DNA of 64,000 nucleotides from Clostridia bacterium (GTDB lineage Bacteria; Bacillota; Clostridia; Christensenellales; CAG-314): NCBI GenBank assembly GCA_028698585.1, contig JAQVWG010000005.1, positions 5,983 to 69,982 of the forward strand, read 5' to 3'. Shown piece by piece: positions 26,408 to 35,063 of this stretch (position 1 is its first letter; each line of letters starts with the position of its first letter). The notes under the pieces were generated by a model. It saw only the letters and a program-made list of their open reading frames with translations, ran no database searches and was not told where the DNA came from. The position numbers and the translations under genes were made by a program.

Positions 26408-27418
26408 CTATACCTTACTCAACAAATACAAGAAATAAGGAATGCTGATTATTGTAATGATTATGCCCACCGGCACACCGGTGAGGAATGCTATGTTGCG
26501 TGCTATTAAATTGCCCAGTAGAACTATACATGAGGCTATCATTGCAGAGACAGGTAAGACAATCTTGGCATTGCTACCAACCAGTTTACGAGTAATGTGC
26601 GGTGCAATCAAGCCAAGGAAGAAGAAGTTTCCTCCATAAGCAACAGTAGCAGACGATATTGCAACGCATGCTAATGATATGGTGGTAAACTCCTTGTTCA
26701 TATTGACACCTATACCTGTTGCTATGTCGTAGCCTAGATTAATTGCGTTAAGTGTATTAGACTTATAGTAGGCGTAGGATATGAATATTGCCAGCCATAC
26801 CAATAGAATTAAGCAGTATTTCCATTGCGTGCCCCATAGGTCGCCTGCCAACCATTTCTGAACGAAATCGATTTTGTTTTCCTCTAACGTCAGTGTGAGG
26901 AAAACTTGAGCCGAGCCATAAGCACCAGATACTGCAACGCCGGTCAGTACCAGTTTGGTAGGGCTAATTGTTGTTCCCTTATGCTTGCTTAACAAAAATA
27001 TTATGCCTGCGCTTGTAACACCACCCATGAATGCTAGTATGGGTAGCATTAAATCGCTATAATCGTCTCCGAAGAACAGTATGACATAGATTATCATAAA
27101 CAAACCTGAGCCACTGCTGATACCTAATGTGCCCGGACTTGCCATATCATTTCTAAGTATACTCTGCATAATCGCGCCCGATACGCCCATGCCTATGCCC
27201 ACGAGCAAACAGAGTACAAGGCGTGGCAGTCGATAAGTAAATACGATAATATTTTCGAGTTTAGTTCCGAATCCAAACAATGTGGCGAATACTCTGCCCA
27301 GAGCCAGTTTTGTCGGCCCGAAGCAGATGCTGACCAGCAACAGCATTATTGCAAGTGCTGTAGATACGCTGAGCACAAGTATGCCCCTTTGTCTAGTTGT
27401 TAATTTTCTTTTTATCAT
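26408..27418 (-). CDS. FecCD-family ABC importer permease (second of two)
   Basis: About 9-10 TM segments; YRLPRLVLCLLVG motif; ATGA overlap with the upstream permease gene. Confidence 0.9.
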   Translation of the reverse strand: MIKRKLTTRQRGILVLSVSTALAIMLLLVSICFGPTKLALGRVFATLFGFGTKLENIIVFTYRLPRLVLCLLVGIGMGVSGAIMQSILRNDMASPGTLGISSGSGLFMIIYVILFFGDDYSDLMLPILAFMGGVTSAGIIFLLSKHKGTTISPTKLVLTGVAVSGAYGSAQVFLTLTLEENKIDFVQKWLAGDLWGTQWKYCLILLVWLAIFISYAYYKSNTLNAINLGYDIATGIGVNMNKEFTTISLACVAISSATVAYGGNFFFLGLIAPHITRKLVGSNAKIVLPVSAMIASCIVLLGNLIARNIAFLTGVPVGIIITIISIPYFLYLLSKV

Positions 27419-28437
27419 TGACCGAATTCCCTCCTTTGTTTTCTAGAAACATAGATAAAGAAAGGAACGCCGATTATAGACAACAATATTCCTATAGGCA
27501 TTTCGTATGGACTCATAATCAGTTTACCGATAAAGTCCACTAATACCACGAAAGATCCACCTAGTAATGCCGAAGTAGGCAATACCAGACGATAGTCTGT
27601 CCCCACCAACATACGTGCAATGTGCGGTACCATCAGCCCTATGTAGGATACCGGACCAATAATGATAACAGCCATGGCAGTTAGTAGTAAGACCACAATT
27701 GTGTTTAATGTCTTAATTAATTTAACATTTATGCCTAGCCCTGTTGCGACGTCATCGCCTAGATTCATCACAGTAAGACTGCGAGACATTAGTAACGAGA
27801 TAACTACGCCCACAACGTATACTGGAAGGCACAGTTTAACATCCATCCAGTTAACGGTTGAAGTTGTACCTGCCATGTAGAGGGCAAGTTCTCTGCTCAT
27901 GTCGAACTTGAGCACGAGCGCACTGGATAATGAGGAGAACAACATAGACACCGACATACCTGATAATACAAGACGTTCAGGCGTCATACCTTTTTTGCTC
28001 GCCGCAGCGATAAAATAGGTTAGAAAAGTTGCCACTCCTGCACCGATACAAGATAATCCAATAGATTCTAATTTTCCTAGTCCAGGAACGAATACCAACA
28101 TAATGGTCATGGCAAAGATTGCGCCACCAGATATACCCATCAAGCCACTATCTGCCATGGGGTTCTTAGTACTACCTTGCATGATTGCACCTGTAAGTGC
28201 AAGTGAACTGCCAACCATAATGTTGGCGATAAGCCTCGGTAATCTCAATCCAATAATTATAATGTGATTCTGGTCAGTAGGATCATAATGAAGGAAGGCA
28301 TCGCAAATGGTCTTCATATCAATACTCTTTGCGCCAAAAATCACAAACAGGACACTGACGATCAGTAGGAGTATGCCTCCACCGACCATCAGTATCATAA
28401 ATTTTTGGAGATTGTTTTTCTTAATCTTTACTTGCAT
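27415..28437 (-). CDS. FecCD-family ABC importer permease (first of two)
   Basis: LRLPRLIANIMVGSSLALTGAIMQGSTKNPMADSGLMGISGGA is typical of FecCD/FepD/BtuC-type permeases. Confidence 0.9.
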   Translation of the reverse strand: MQVKIKKNNLQKFMILMVGGGILLLIVSVLFVIFGAKSIDMKTICDAFLHYDPTDQNHIIIIGLRLPRLIANIMVGSSLALTGAIMQGSTKNPMADSGLMGISGGAIFAMTIMLVFVPGLGKLESIGLSCIGAGVATFLTYFIAAASKKGMTPERLVLSGMSVSMLFSSLSSALVLKFDMSRELALYMAGTTSTVNWMDVKLCLPVYVVGVVISLLMSRSLTVMNLGDDVATGLGINVKLIKTLNTIVVLLLTAMAVIIIGPVSYIGLMVPHIARMLVGTDYRLVLPTSALLGGSFVVLVDFIGKLIMSPYEMPIGILLSIIGVPFFIYVSRKQRREFGQ

Positions 28438-28515
28438 ATTTTCCTTAGTTGTGATTTAGATTTATCACAATGACAAAAAAAACTTGTCTGTTTGCGTTTA
28501 CAATTGTTACATTGA

Positions 28516-29451
28516 TTAATCTGCAAAAGCTAGCTCTAGTGCGTTAACCAGATATGTGTATTGAGTTTCAATATAGATTGCATCTGCAGACACATACAGC
28601 ATCATATCGAGCAATCCAACACGCCCTGCCTGTACGGCTTCAAGTGATTGCCATACTTCGTTCTCGGCTAAGTCGCTTGGAATAGCATCCATCAGTAGGT
28701 AAATGTAGTCGCCACAATAGTCTGGCAGGAACTCATTGGAAATTGAGAAGAAGAATCCACCCTCATCAAATACATCTTGAACAGGTTGTGGTACCCTTAC
28801 ACATAGTTGATTGTACAGAATTGTGTTGAAGAAGTAGTAGTTGCCGATGAGTATCTCAAGTCCATTGTAGTAACTGAATACATTGACCTCTTTGTCGGCA
28901 ATGTTAAGTGAATTGTACTTAGCCTTAGCAGATGCAATTGCATTGTTGATACTGTTGATGGCGTCAGTAGCTTTTGTTTCGATGTCGAACAGTTCACCAA
29001 GATAATTCAATCTTTCGGCATAGTCTGTAGTCTCTGACTTGATTGGTACGACAGGAGCAATAACCGATAGTTTAGCAATGTTCTCTGCGCTCATCTACTC
29101 ATAAACCAGAATCAGGTCGGGGTCGTATGACAGGATTTCCTCCTCGTCAAACGGCTGAGTATTGACTAGTTCTTCGCAACCTTCGAATGCAAATCCCATC
29201 TCTTCATTACGGTAGAAGTTCATAAAAGCAACTGGTTTAATGTCCAACATCCACAGGTCGCCTAGTCCTGTTAGCGCAACAATTCTCTGTGGCTTAACTG
29301 GGATGGTAACTTCTTCATCATTGAGAGTTGTAATTGTCTTGGTCCTTACCCTAGTACCGTTCGTATTACCATCGCAACCAGCAAAGGTAGCAAGGCAACC
29401 ACACATCATAACTATGGCAAGAAGTAGCGCTAGTAGTTTGTTAATTTTCAT
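28516..29451 (-). pseudogene. Class III (FhuD/FepB/BtuF-type) substrate-binding lipoprotein split by an in-frame TAG
   Basis: Signal peptide plus lipobox (MKINKLLALLLAIVMMCGCLATFAGC). The two track ORFs (29095-29451 and 28516-29094) are contiguous and in the same frame: ...DPDLILVYE TAG MSAENIAKLSVIAPVV... The C-terminal part has the family-typical VWQSLEAVQAGRV. Confidence 0.7.
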
Positions 29452-29630
29452 TGTTTGGCCTACTAGTATTTCATTGTATTAACGTCAACATACACAATAT
29501 ATAGTGTTTATTTTGTTGCGTTTATTATAATCATCAATAATTGGGTACAAAAAAAACAGAATGCACGCTAAGGCGATATCTGTTGAAATAGAGGTGGCAA
29601 TCAAAACAAACTACCATAAAAGATAATTTG

Positions 29631-29657
29631 ATTTTACCATGTATAAACCTTTGTCAA
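29631..29657 (-). promoter_or_regulatory. Candidate promoter for the importer/nitrogenase-like operon
   Basis: Minus strand reads TTGACA, 15 nt, TGgTAAAAT (extended -10), about 180 nt upstream of the SBP ATG. The spacer is short. Confidence 0.3.
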
Positions 29658-30336
29658 TACCTTTTTGGAAAAAAAGCAATTTTTTGTCTTTTTTTGGCCT
29701 AAGTGAGGTCAAAATCGGTGCAAATTAGCTCTTTTTTGACCATAACAGGTATGATTAACAGCTATTAAAGACTCAATCTGTGTGTATCATGTCCGTAGTG
29801 ACTCGTTATTGGTTATACATTTTTGCTATCAATTCATCGATACTGATAATTATTAAGAACAGATTCAATCTACAAATACGAATGTTAATGTTGCTTGGTA
29901 TTGTTATTGAACCAATAATACACGCAATATGTTACGTTCAATAATAATTTTTATGTTACATAAATGCAGTATAATGACTATTATGTGACGTATTACTCCA
30001 CAGCACTACGAAAAAAATCTTGTTATCAGTTGGTATATCGATTTAGTTGGTGTTATAATATCAATATAATGGTAACTACCTTGTATTGAATAGGGATGTA
30101 TTGTACTGATATTGCTCTTAATAGCGTGACAGTTTATCAGCAAATTAAGTGGAGATTGTAAATTGATTGTATGAGCACATTAAGATAAATTATGCAAAAA
30201 TACAACGGATGTCTGTAGAGCTAACTAGAAAAGATATATTGAGTGGCAACCTAACGCATGTTGCTAAAGATAGCAAGAAAAGTCGAGCGCATTTACTCTG
30301 CGCCTGTTATAATGTGTATTGTCAAGAGGTAATATA

Positions 30337-31215
30337 GTGACAGAGAAAATGATGGCAGTTCAACGAATGCAAGACTATATACAGTTGCATCTAACGGAAA
30401 AAATAACCTTATGTGATTTAGCCGATGTGGCGATGTACTCTCCTTTTTATTGCGCGCGAATATTCAAGGAAATGACAGGGTTTGCACCGGCAGATTATAT
30501 AAGAAGACTACGCCTATCTCACTCGGCTCTTAAACTGCGTGATGAAACCTGTAAAGTAATTGACCTAGCGTACGAAGTCGGCTATGACAGTGTCGATGGG
30601 TATCAAAGAGCATTTAGAAACGAGTTCGGTTGTAATCCCAGTGAGTACGCTAAGGCGCCCATACCCATATCTCTGTTCATTACCTATGGCGTCAAGTTTA
30701 GAAATCTAGTTAAGGAGTATCAAGCAATGGAAAATGTATCAAGTGTGTTTATTCAAGTTATCGACAAGCCAGAGCGCAAAGTAATCATTAAGCGTGGTAT
30801 CAAGGCAGATGAGTATTGGAGTTATTGCCAAGAAGTAGGTTGTGATGTGTGGGGATTGCTGACCAGTATGAAATCTCTCTGTGGCGAGCCCGTGTGCTTG
30901 TGGCTACCCGATAAGTACATTAAGCAGGGCACATCGCTGTATGTACAAGGTGTGGAAGTGGATGTTAACTATACTGGAGTAGTTCCGGAGGGATTCGACA
31001 TCATAACTTTACCGTCAGCTAAATATCTAATGTTTCAAGGAGAGCCTTTCGAGGAAGAGGATTATTGTCAGGCTATAGGAGCCTTAAAGACTGCTATTGA
31101 GCGTTACGACCCGTCAGTAATAGGTTATGCCTGGGATGAACGCAATCCACGCATACAACTAGAACCTCGTGGTAAGAGGGGGTATATCGAACTGTTGGCA
31201 ATACGCCCTCTATGA
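30337..31215 (+). CDS. AraC-family transcriptional regulator with a C-terminal GyrI-like small-molecule-binding domain
   Basis: HTH region FYCARIFKEMTGFAPADYIRRLRLSHSA plus a C-terminal domain of about 150 aa. Start uncertain: GTG 30337 (AGAGG SD 7 nt upstream), ATG 30349, or the track TTG 30319. Confidence 0.8.
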   Translation: MTEKMMAVQRMQDYIQLHLTEKITLCDLADVAMYSPFYCARIFKEMTGFAPADYIRRLRLSHSALKLRDETCKVIDLAYEVGYDSVDGYQRAFRNEFGCNPSEYAKAPIPISLFITYGVKFRNLVKEYQAMENVSSVFIQVIDKPERKVIIKRGIKADEYWSYCQEVGCDVWGLLTSMKSLCGEPVCLWLPDKYIKQGTSLYVQGVEVDVNYTGVVPEGFDIITLPSAKYLMFQGEPFEEEDYCQAIGALKTAIERYDPSVIGYAWDERNPRIQLEPRGKRGYIELLAIRPL

Positions 31216-31295
31216 CAACAATATGCCTACAGTGTGTTGAGTGACACATAAGCCGACAGGTAGATAAGAATGTTGGTATGTAGACAATAGTTTTC

Positions 31296-31327
31296 AAAAG
31301 TCGCTCGAATTAGATTGAGCGACTTTT
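31296..31327. terminator. Bidirectional terminator between the AraC gene and the oad-like genes
   Basis: 11-bp perfect stem AAAAGTCGCTC / GAGCGACTTTT with a 10-nt loop; A/T runs on both sides. Confidence 0.6.
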
Positions 31328-31459
31328 GTATTATAGTAATAATCAATTCTGTTGAGTTGTGCGCCTATGGCAATAAGTACAATGTGACAGAGTCATTAGT
31401 ACAAATAACCTGCTAATCGTCCTGCTTGTGTAGATACTATTATTGGTCGAACTTAAGTG

Positions 31460-31666
31460 TTAATTCTTGTTCTGATTTTCAGCATCTTTCTGGGCTTTTC
31501 TAGTTGCAACTCTTCTGCATATAGCGTTGAGTCCAACGGACGCTATACACACTATAGATATGACAATAAATATGGCCAGTATGCCTTTCCAGGATATATC
31601 TAGTGCCTTAAGTAGATTTTCCTTTATAGAAGGTGCAGGTTGTAACAAACAAATAAACTTATTCAT
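31460..31666 (-). CDS. Small single-TM protein, possibly an OadG-like gamma subunit
   Basis: 68 aa with one hydrophobic helix (GILAIFIVISIVCIASVGL) and a basic tail. GGAGG SD. Starts 10 nt downstream of the beta-subunit gene's stop. Confidence 0.4.
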   Translation of the reverse strand: MNKFICLLQPAPSIKENLLKALDISWKGILAIFIVISIVCIASVGLNAICRRVATRKAQKDAENQNKN

Positions 31667-31675
31667 ACTATCCTC

Positions 31676-32806
31676 CTAACCCAGTACCAACTGAATGATT
31701 AGACCGCCAACTATCGCAGACGCAATTTGACCAGACACATTGGCACCTGCTGCGTGCATAAGCAAGTGATTGGTTGGGTCTTCCTTGATACCCATCTTCT
31801 GCACCACTCTTGCTGCCATAGGGAATGCGGATATGCCGGCGGCGCCAACCATGGGGTTAATCTTCTTTTTGCTGAATAGATTCATTATTTTGGCACACAG
31901 TACACCGAATATAGTGTCGAATACGAATGCGAATAATCCAAGTCCCATAATTAAGAGTGTTTCCAGTGTTACGAAACTCTCTGCCTTCATCTGTGCTGCT
32001 ATGGTTATGCCCAGCAGTAATGTTATTAAGTTGGACAGAGTGTTCTTGGCAGTGTCAGACATGGTTTTGAGTACGCCACATTCGTTAATTAAGTTGCCAA
32101 ACATTAAGAACCCAACAAGTGCAAGGGAGGCTGGAGCAATCAATCCAGCTATCAATGTAACGATAATGGGGAAAAGTATCTTGGTAGTTTTGCTTACCGT
32201 ACCCACATCGTAATCCATACGGATTAAACGTTCTTTCTTGGTCGTTACACACTTAATTACAGCTGGTTGAATTATGGGCACCAGAGCCATATACGAGTAT
32301 GCGACTACCACTATAGCGCCCAAATATTGACTATTCAACTGAGTTGCCACCAGTATAGATGTAGGGCCGTCCGCAGCGCCTATTATACCTGCAGACGATG
32401 CATCAAAAATGTTAAATCCACACAGCGTAGCTAATACTTTGGTGATGAATATTCCCAGTTGAGCCGCACCGCCTAGGAAAAATAACTTGGGGTTAGCAAG
32501 CAGTGGTCCAAAATCAATCATTGCGCCTATTCCGATAAAGAGTAGAATGGGTAGTGCCTCTGATGCCTCAATGCCCACCGAAAACATCCAATCTATAATT
32601 CCTTTGACTGTGCTACCGTCCGTTGCAAGAGAATCGATGACGTTAGACAGCGGAATGTTTACTAGTATTGCGCCGAATCCAATAGGTAGTAATAATGCAG
32701 GTTCTATCTCTTTCCTTATTGCTAGATAGATAAGCACTCCACCTATTAACCACATGATTACTTGTTGCCAAGTAACCTGTGTAATGCCCTGTATCAGGTA
32801 TTCCAT
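31676..32806 (-). CDS. Sodium-ion-translocating decarboxylase beta subunit (OadB/GcdB/MmdB family)
   Basis: N-terminus ...IMWLIGGVLIYLAIRKEIEPALLLPIGFGAILVNIP... and a polytopic layout typical of the family. AAGGAG SD. Confidence 0.85.
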   Translation of the reverse strand: MEYLIQGITQVTWQQVIMWLIGGVLIYLAIRKEIEPALLLPIGFGAILVNIPLSNVIDSLATDGSTVKGIIDWMFSVGIEASEALPILLFIGIGAMIDFGPLLANPKLFFLGGAAQLGIFITKVLATLCGFNIFDASSAGIIGAADGPTSILVATQLNSQYLGAIVVVAYSYMALVPIIQPAVIKCVTTKKERLIRMDYDVGTVSKTTKILFPIIVTLIAGLIAPASLALVGFLMFGNLINECGVLKTMSDTAKNTLSNLITLLLGITIAAQMKAESFVTLETLLIMGLGLFAFVFDTIFGVLCAKIMNLFSKKKINPMVGAAGISAFPMAARVVQKMGIKEDPTNHLLMHAAGANVSGQIASAIVGGLIIQLVLG

Positions 32807-32846
32807 AGTATACTCCTTTGATAGTGATGTAATTGCGCTATTTGCT

Positions 32847-32875
32847 AATATAGGATATGCAGTGGCTTATGTCAA
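32847..32875 (-). promoter_or_regulatory. Candidate promoter of the oadB-like/oadG-like pair
   Basis: Minus strand reads TTGACA, 17 nt, TATATT, ending about 40 nt upstream of the ATG at 32806. Confidence 0.5.
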
Positions 32876-32975
32876 GGTATAATGCAAAAAAAACATTCTA
32901 GTTAAACAATGTTGTTAACACGCATCAACTTAGCATATCTAGGTAAACTCGGACAGTCCGCTGTACCTATCTACC

Positions 32976-34382
32976 CTATACAGTCTTGAAAATATTAGAG
33001 AAGGGTGAAGGCACTAACGCTGTAGAACCGTGCAATTTAGACAATATCAGACAATAGAGTGCCTTGATAGGATTGATAGGCACGAAAACCATAGGATTAA
33101 CCTTCATAAGGTTGAACATCGCTGCGGCAGTCGATGCCAAACTGTTACACTTGTGGCTCAAAAAAACGTTTTTCTTGCCCAGTCTGTCTATTAGGCGTTG
33201 CCCGACTTCGTTAATAGCGCAGTCGCCCACAATGAGCACTTGACCCTCTATACTGTCTATCTCTGCGCTGTCGTGTCCTTTACCCATAACCATTGTCCAC
33301 CCACCCTTGCCGTTATGGTCGTTATATAACACCTGCAACAATGTCAACGGATTGTTCTGGCAACCTTGCTTGCAACACCTCTCTTTGCCCATAATCACCT
33401 TGACATCTGGTGGATAACAGTCGTATAAGTCATAGGGATACCTAGTTGTGTACATAGATACGTCGCCATCTATTGATATGTCTTGTAGACCTGTAATGCC
33501 CTCCGAATAACCTCTCTCAACTGCTATTCTAAGGTGGGGAACATCATCTAGAGTAAGGCCGAAGATACTGGCGCCCACTATATCCGTTGCGACTACATTA
33601 CTGCCCGCTATAAGTAATTTAAGTGGTAAGACTGCCTTGTCTGCCAGCGCAGTTACTGGGTAATGTCCGTATATAGTACCTTCAATACCCTCTATCAGCG
33701 TAAAGTCCGGCTTGATATATCCAAGCACGTCTACCAGTTTATATGCTAGATTATAGTTATGGTCCCACCCTCTTGCATTATGTGCAGGAAAAGCCCATTG
33801 GTTCTTAACCCCCAGCGTTACACCAGCCATGGAGTGCGTTTTGAGTTTGGGCAGACTAATATACAGGTTCTTATCCTTATTCTCGCACAGATTCTTGACG
33901 ATAAACTTGGGCATGGGCAATGTAGTGTTAATATATCCGTCGGCGTTGTCATTAACTGATGGTCGTCCTCTAAACGTATAATCTACCGTCTTTTCTTCAT
34001 CTAGGTATACAGGTGTGGCATCGGTGCGCTTACATACCTTGTCATAGCCGGTGATAGCATATACCAGACGAGTTGCGTTGCTCTGCGTTGAGTTCTCGAA
34101 CAGGTATACTTTACTGGCACCATGCTCGTTCCAGTATTCAATTACTGCTTCGACCAGTTCCGGCCTAGTGTAGCAATATGGTTGACCGTCTATACCGTTG
34201 GGTTTAATGAACACTTCCTTACTTTGCTTAAGTAGTGCACTGCCACCTGCAGCGTCGAATATCTCGTAAACGGTTTTCTTAACCTCTTGTTTCATTTCCT
34301 CGCCTAGAGGCATAAACTTGGTCAAACTTTCCTGCTGGTATGGTGCGTCAATGTGTCGCACAATGACTGTTGCGTTATCCAT
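32976..34382 (-). CDS. DUF362-domain protein (468 aa)
   Basis: DUF362-type motifs VFIKPNG and LPKLKTHSMAGVTLGVKN, plus a Cys-rich C-terminal part (CCKQGC). Confidence 0.7.
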   Translation of the reverse strand: MDNATVIVRHIDAPYQQESLTKFMPLGEEMKQEVKKTVYEIFDAAGGSALLKQSKEVFIKPNGIDGQPYCYTRPELVEAVIEYWNEHGASKVYLFENSTQSNATRLVYAITGYDKVCKRTDATPVYLDEEKTVDYTFRGRPSVNDNADGYINTTLPMPKFIVKNLCENKDKNLYISLPKLKTHSMAGVTLGVKNQWAFPAHNARGWDHNYNLAYKLVDVLGYIKPDFTLIEGIEGTIYGHYPVTALADKAVLPLKLLIAGSNVVATDIVGASIFGLTLDDVPHLRIAVERGYSEGITGLQDISIDGDVSMYTTRYPYDLYDCYPPDVKVIMGKERCCKQGCQNNPLTLLQVLYNDHNGKGGWTMVMGKGHDSAEIDSIEGQVLIVGDCAINEVGQRLIDRLGKKNVFLSHKCNSLASTAAAMFNLMKVNPMVFVPINPIKALYCLILSKLHGSTALVPSPFSNIFKTV

Positions 34383-34664
34383 AATGTATCTCCCCTGTGT
34401 TGATTGAAGACAGTGTGTGTTTGTTTAATTGATAGAATCGAATGATTGTTATAGTGAATATTGTATAAACACTGTCTATACGTAAATTATAGCCTGCAGT
34501 TAACTAGTTGTCAATAGGAGCACAGTTAGAAAATGTAGACATTAAACAATCTAACAAGTGCAACACTTATTACATAATGTAGAATACAAGTGGTAATATA
34601 GCTGCTATTGGTTATACTGGTTATAGGGCTATTAAGAGTCAATTGCAGATAACATAACTAATAT

Positions 34665-34700
34665 TCAAATAAAAAGGGACAAGAGTTAATCTTGTCCTTT
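34665..34700 (-). terminator. Rho-independent terminator of the DUF2188 gene
   Basis: Minus-strand RNA: GGACAAGA / TCTTGTCC stem extended by A/U pairs, followed by UUUUUAUUU. Confidence 0.6.
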
Positions 34701-34728
34701 GTGAATTAACGATATATGGAACTAACGG

Positions 34729-34956
34729 TTAGCCCTTGGAACTCTTGGAATCGTTTCCATGACTGTTAGATACCTGTATTTTGCCGTTCTTACCATGAAT
34801 TAAGAACTCTGTCTCTTGATTCTTGCTGATTTGACGGCCAATCTTAACTGCCTCTTCCTTGGTATCGGTGTGTTTGCTGGCTCTCTTGCCACCGCCTCGT
34901 TTAATATCCCAGCCTCCGTCAGGGTTGGGTACGATATGATGAGTATCTCTTGGCAT
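34729..34956 (-). CDS. DUF2188-family small protein
   Basis: MPRDTHHIVPNPDGGWDIKRGGGKRASKHTDTKEEAVKIGRQIS matches the DUF2188 pattern. GGGAGG SD 9 nt upstream of this ATG. Confidence 0.7.
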   Translation of the reverse strand: MPRDTHHIVPNPDGGWDIKRGGGKRASKHTDTKEEAVKIGRQISKNQETEFLIHGKNGKIQVSNSHGNDSKSSKG

Positions 34957-35063
34957 TATCATCCGCCTCCCTTACTATAATCCATTGATATTATATAACG
35001 TAGTATATCATAAGTCAATAATCCTGCCTAATATTCTTGATACAGGCTTACTGTAAACGAGTA

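Noticed and set aside
29095-29097. Possible pyrrolysine or programmed read-through at the in-frame TAG of the SBP gene.
   Set aside because: TAG is used as an ordinary stop by several intact genes here (for example 43339-45003, 45018-45587, 46748-46939 and 53728-53976). No pyl genes are in the window. A nonsense mutation or a sequencing error is simpler.
32976-34382. Possible missing partner role for DUF362 in the oadB-like operon.
   Set aside because: A 169-nt gap with a good promoter (32847-32875) and a T-run separates the genes. Adjacency alone is not evidence of a functional link.
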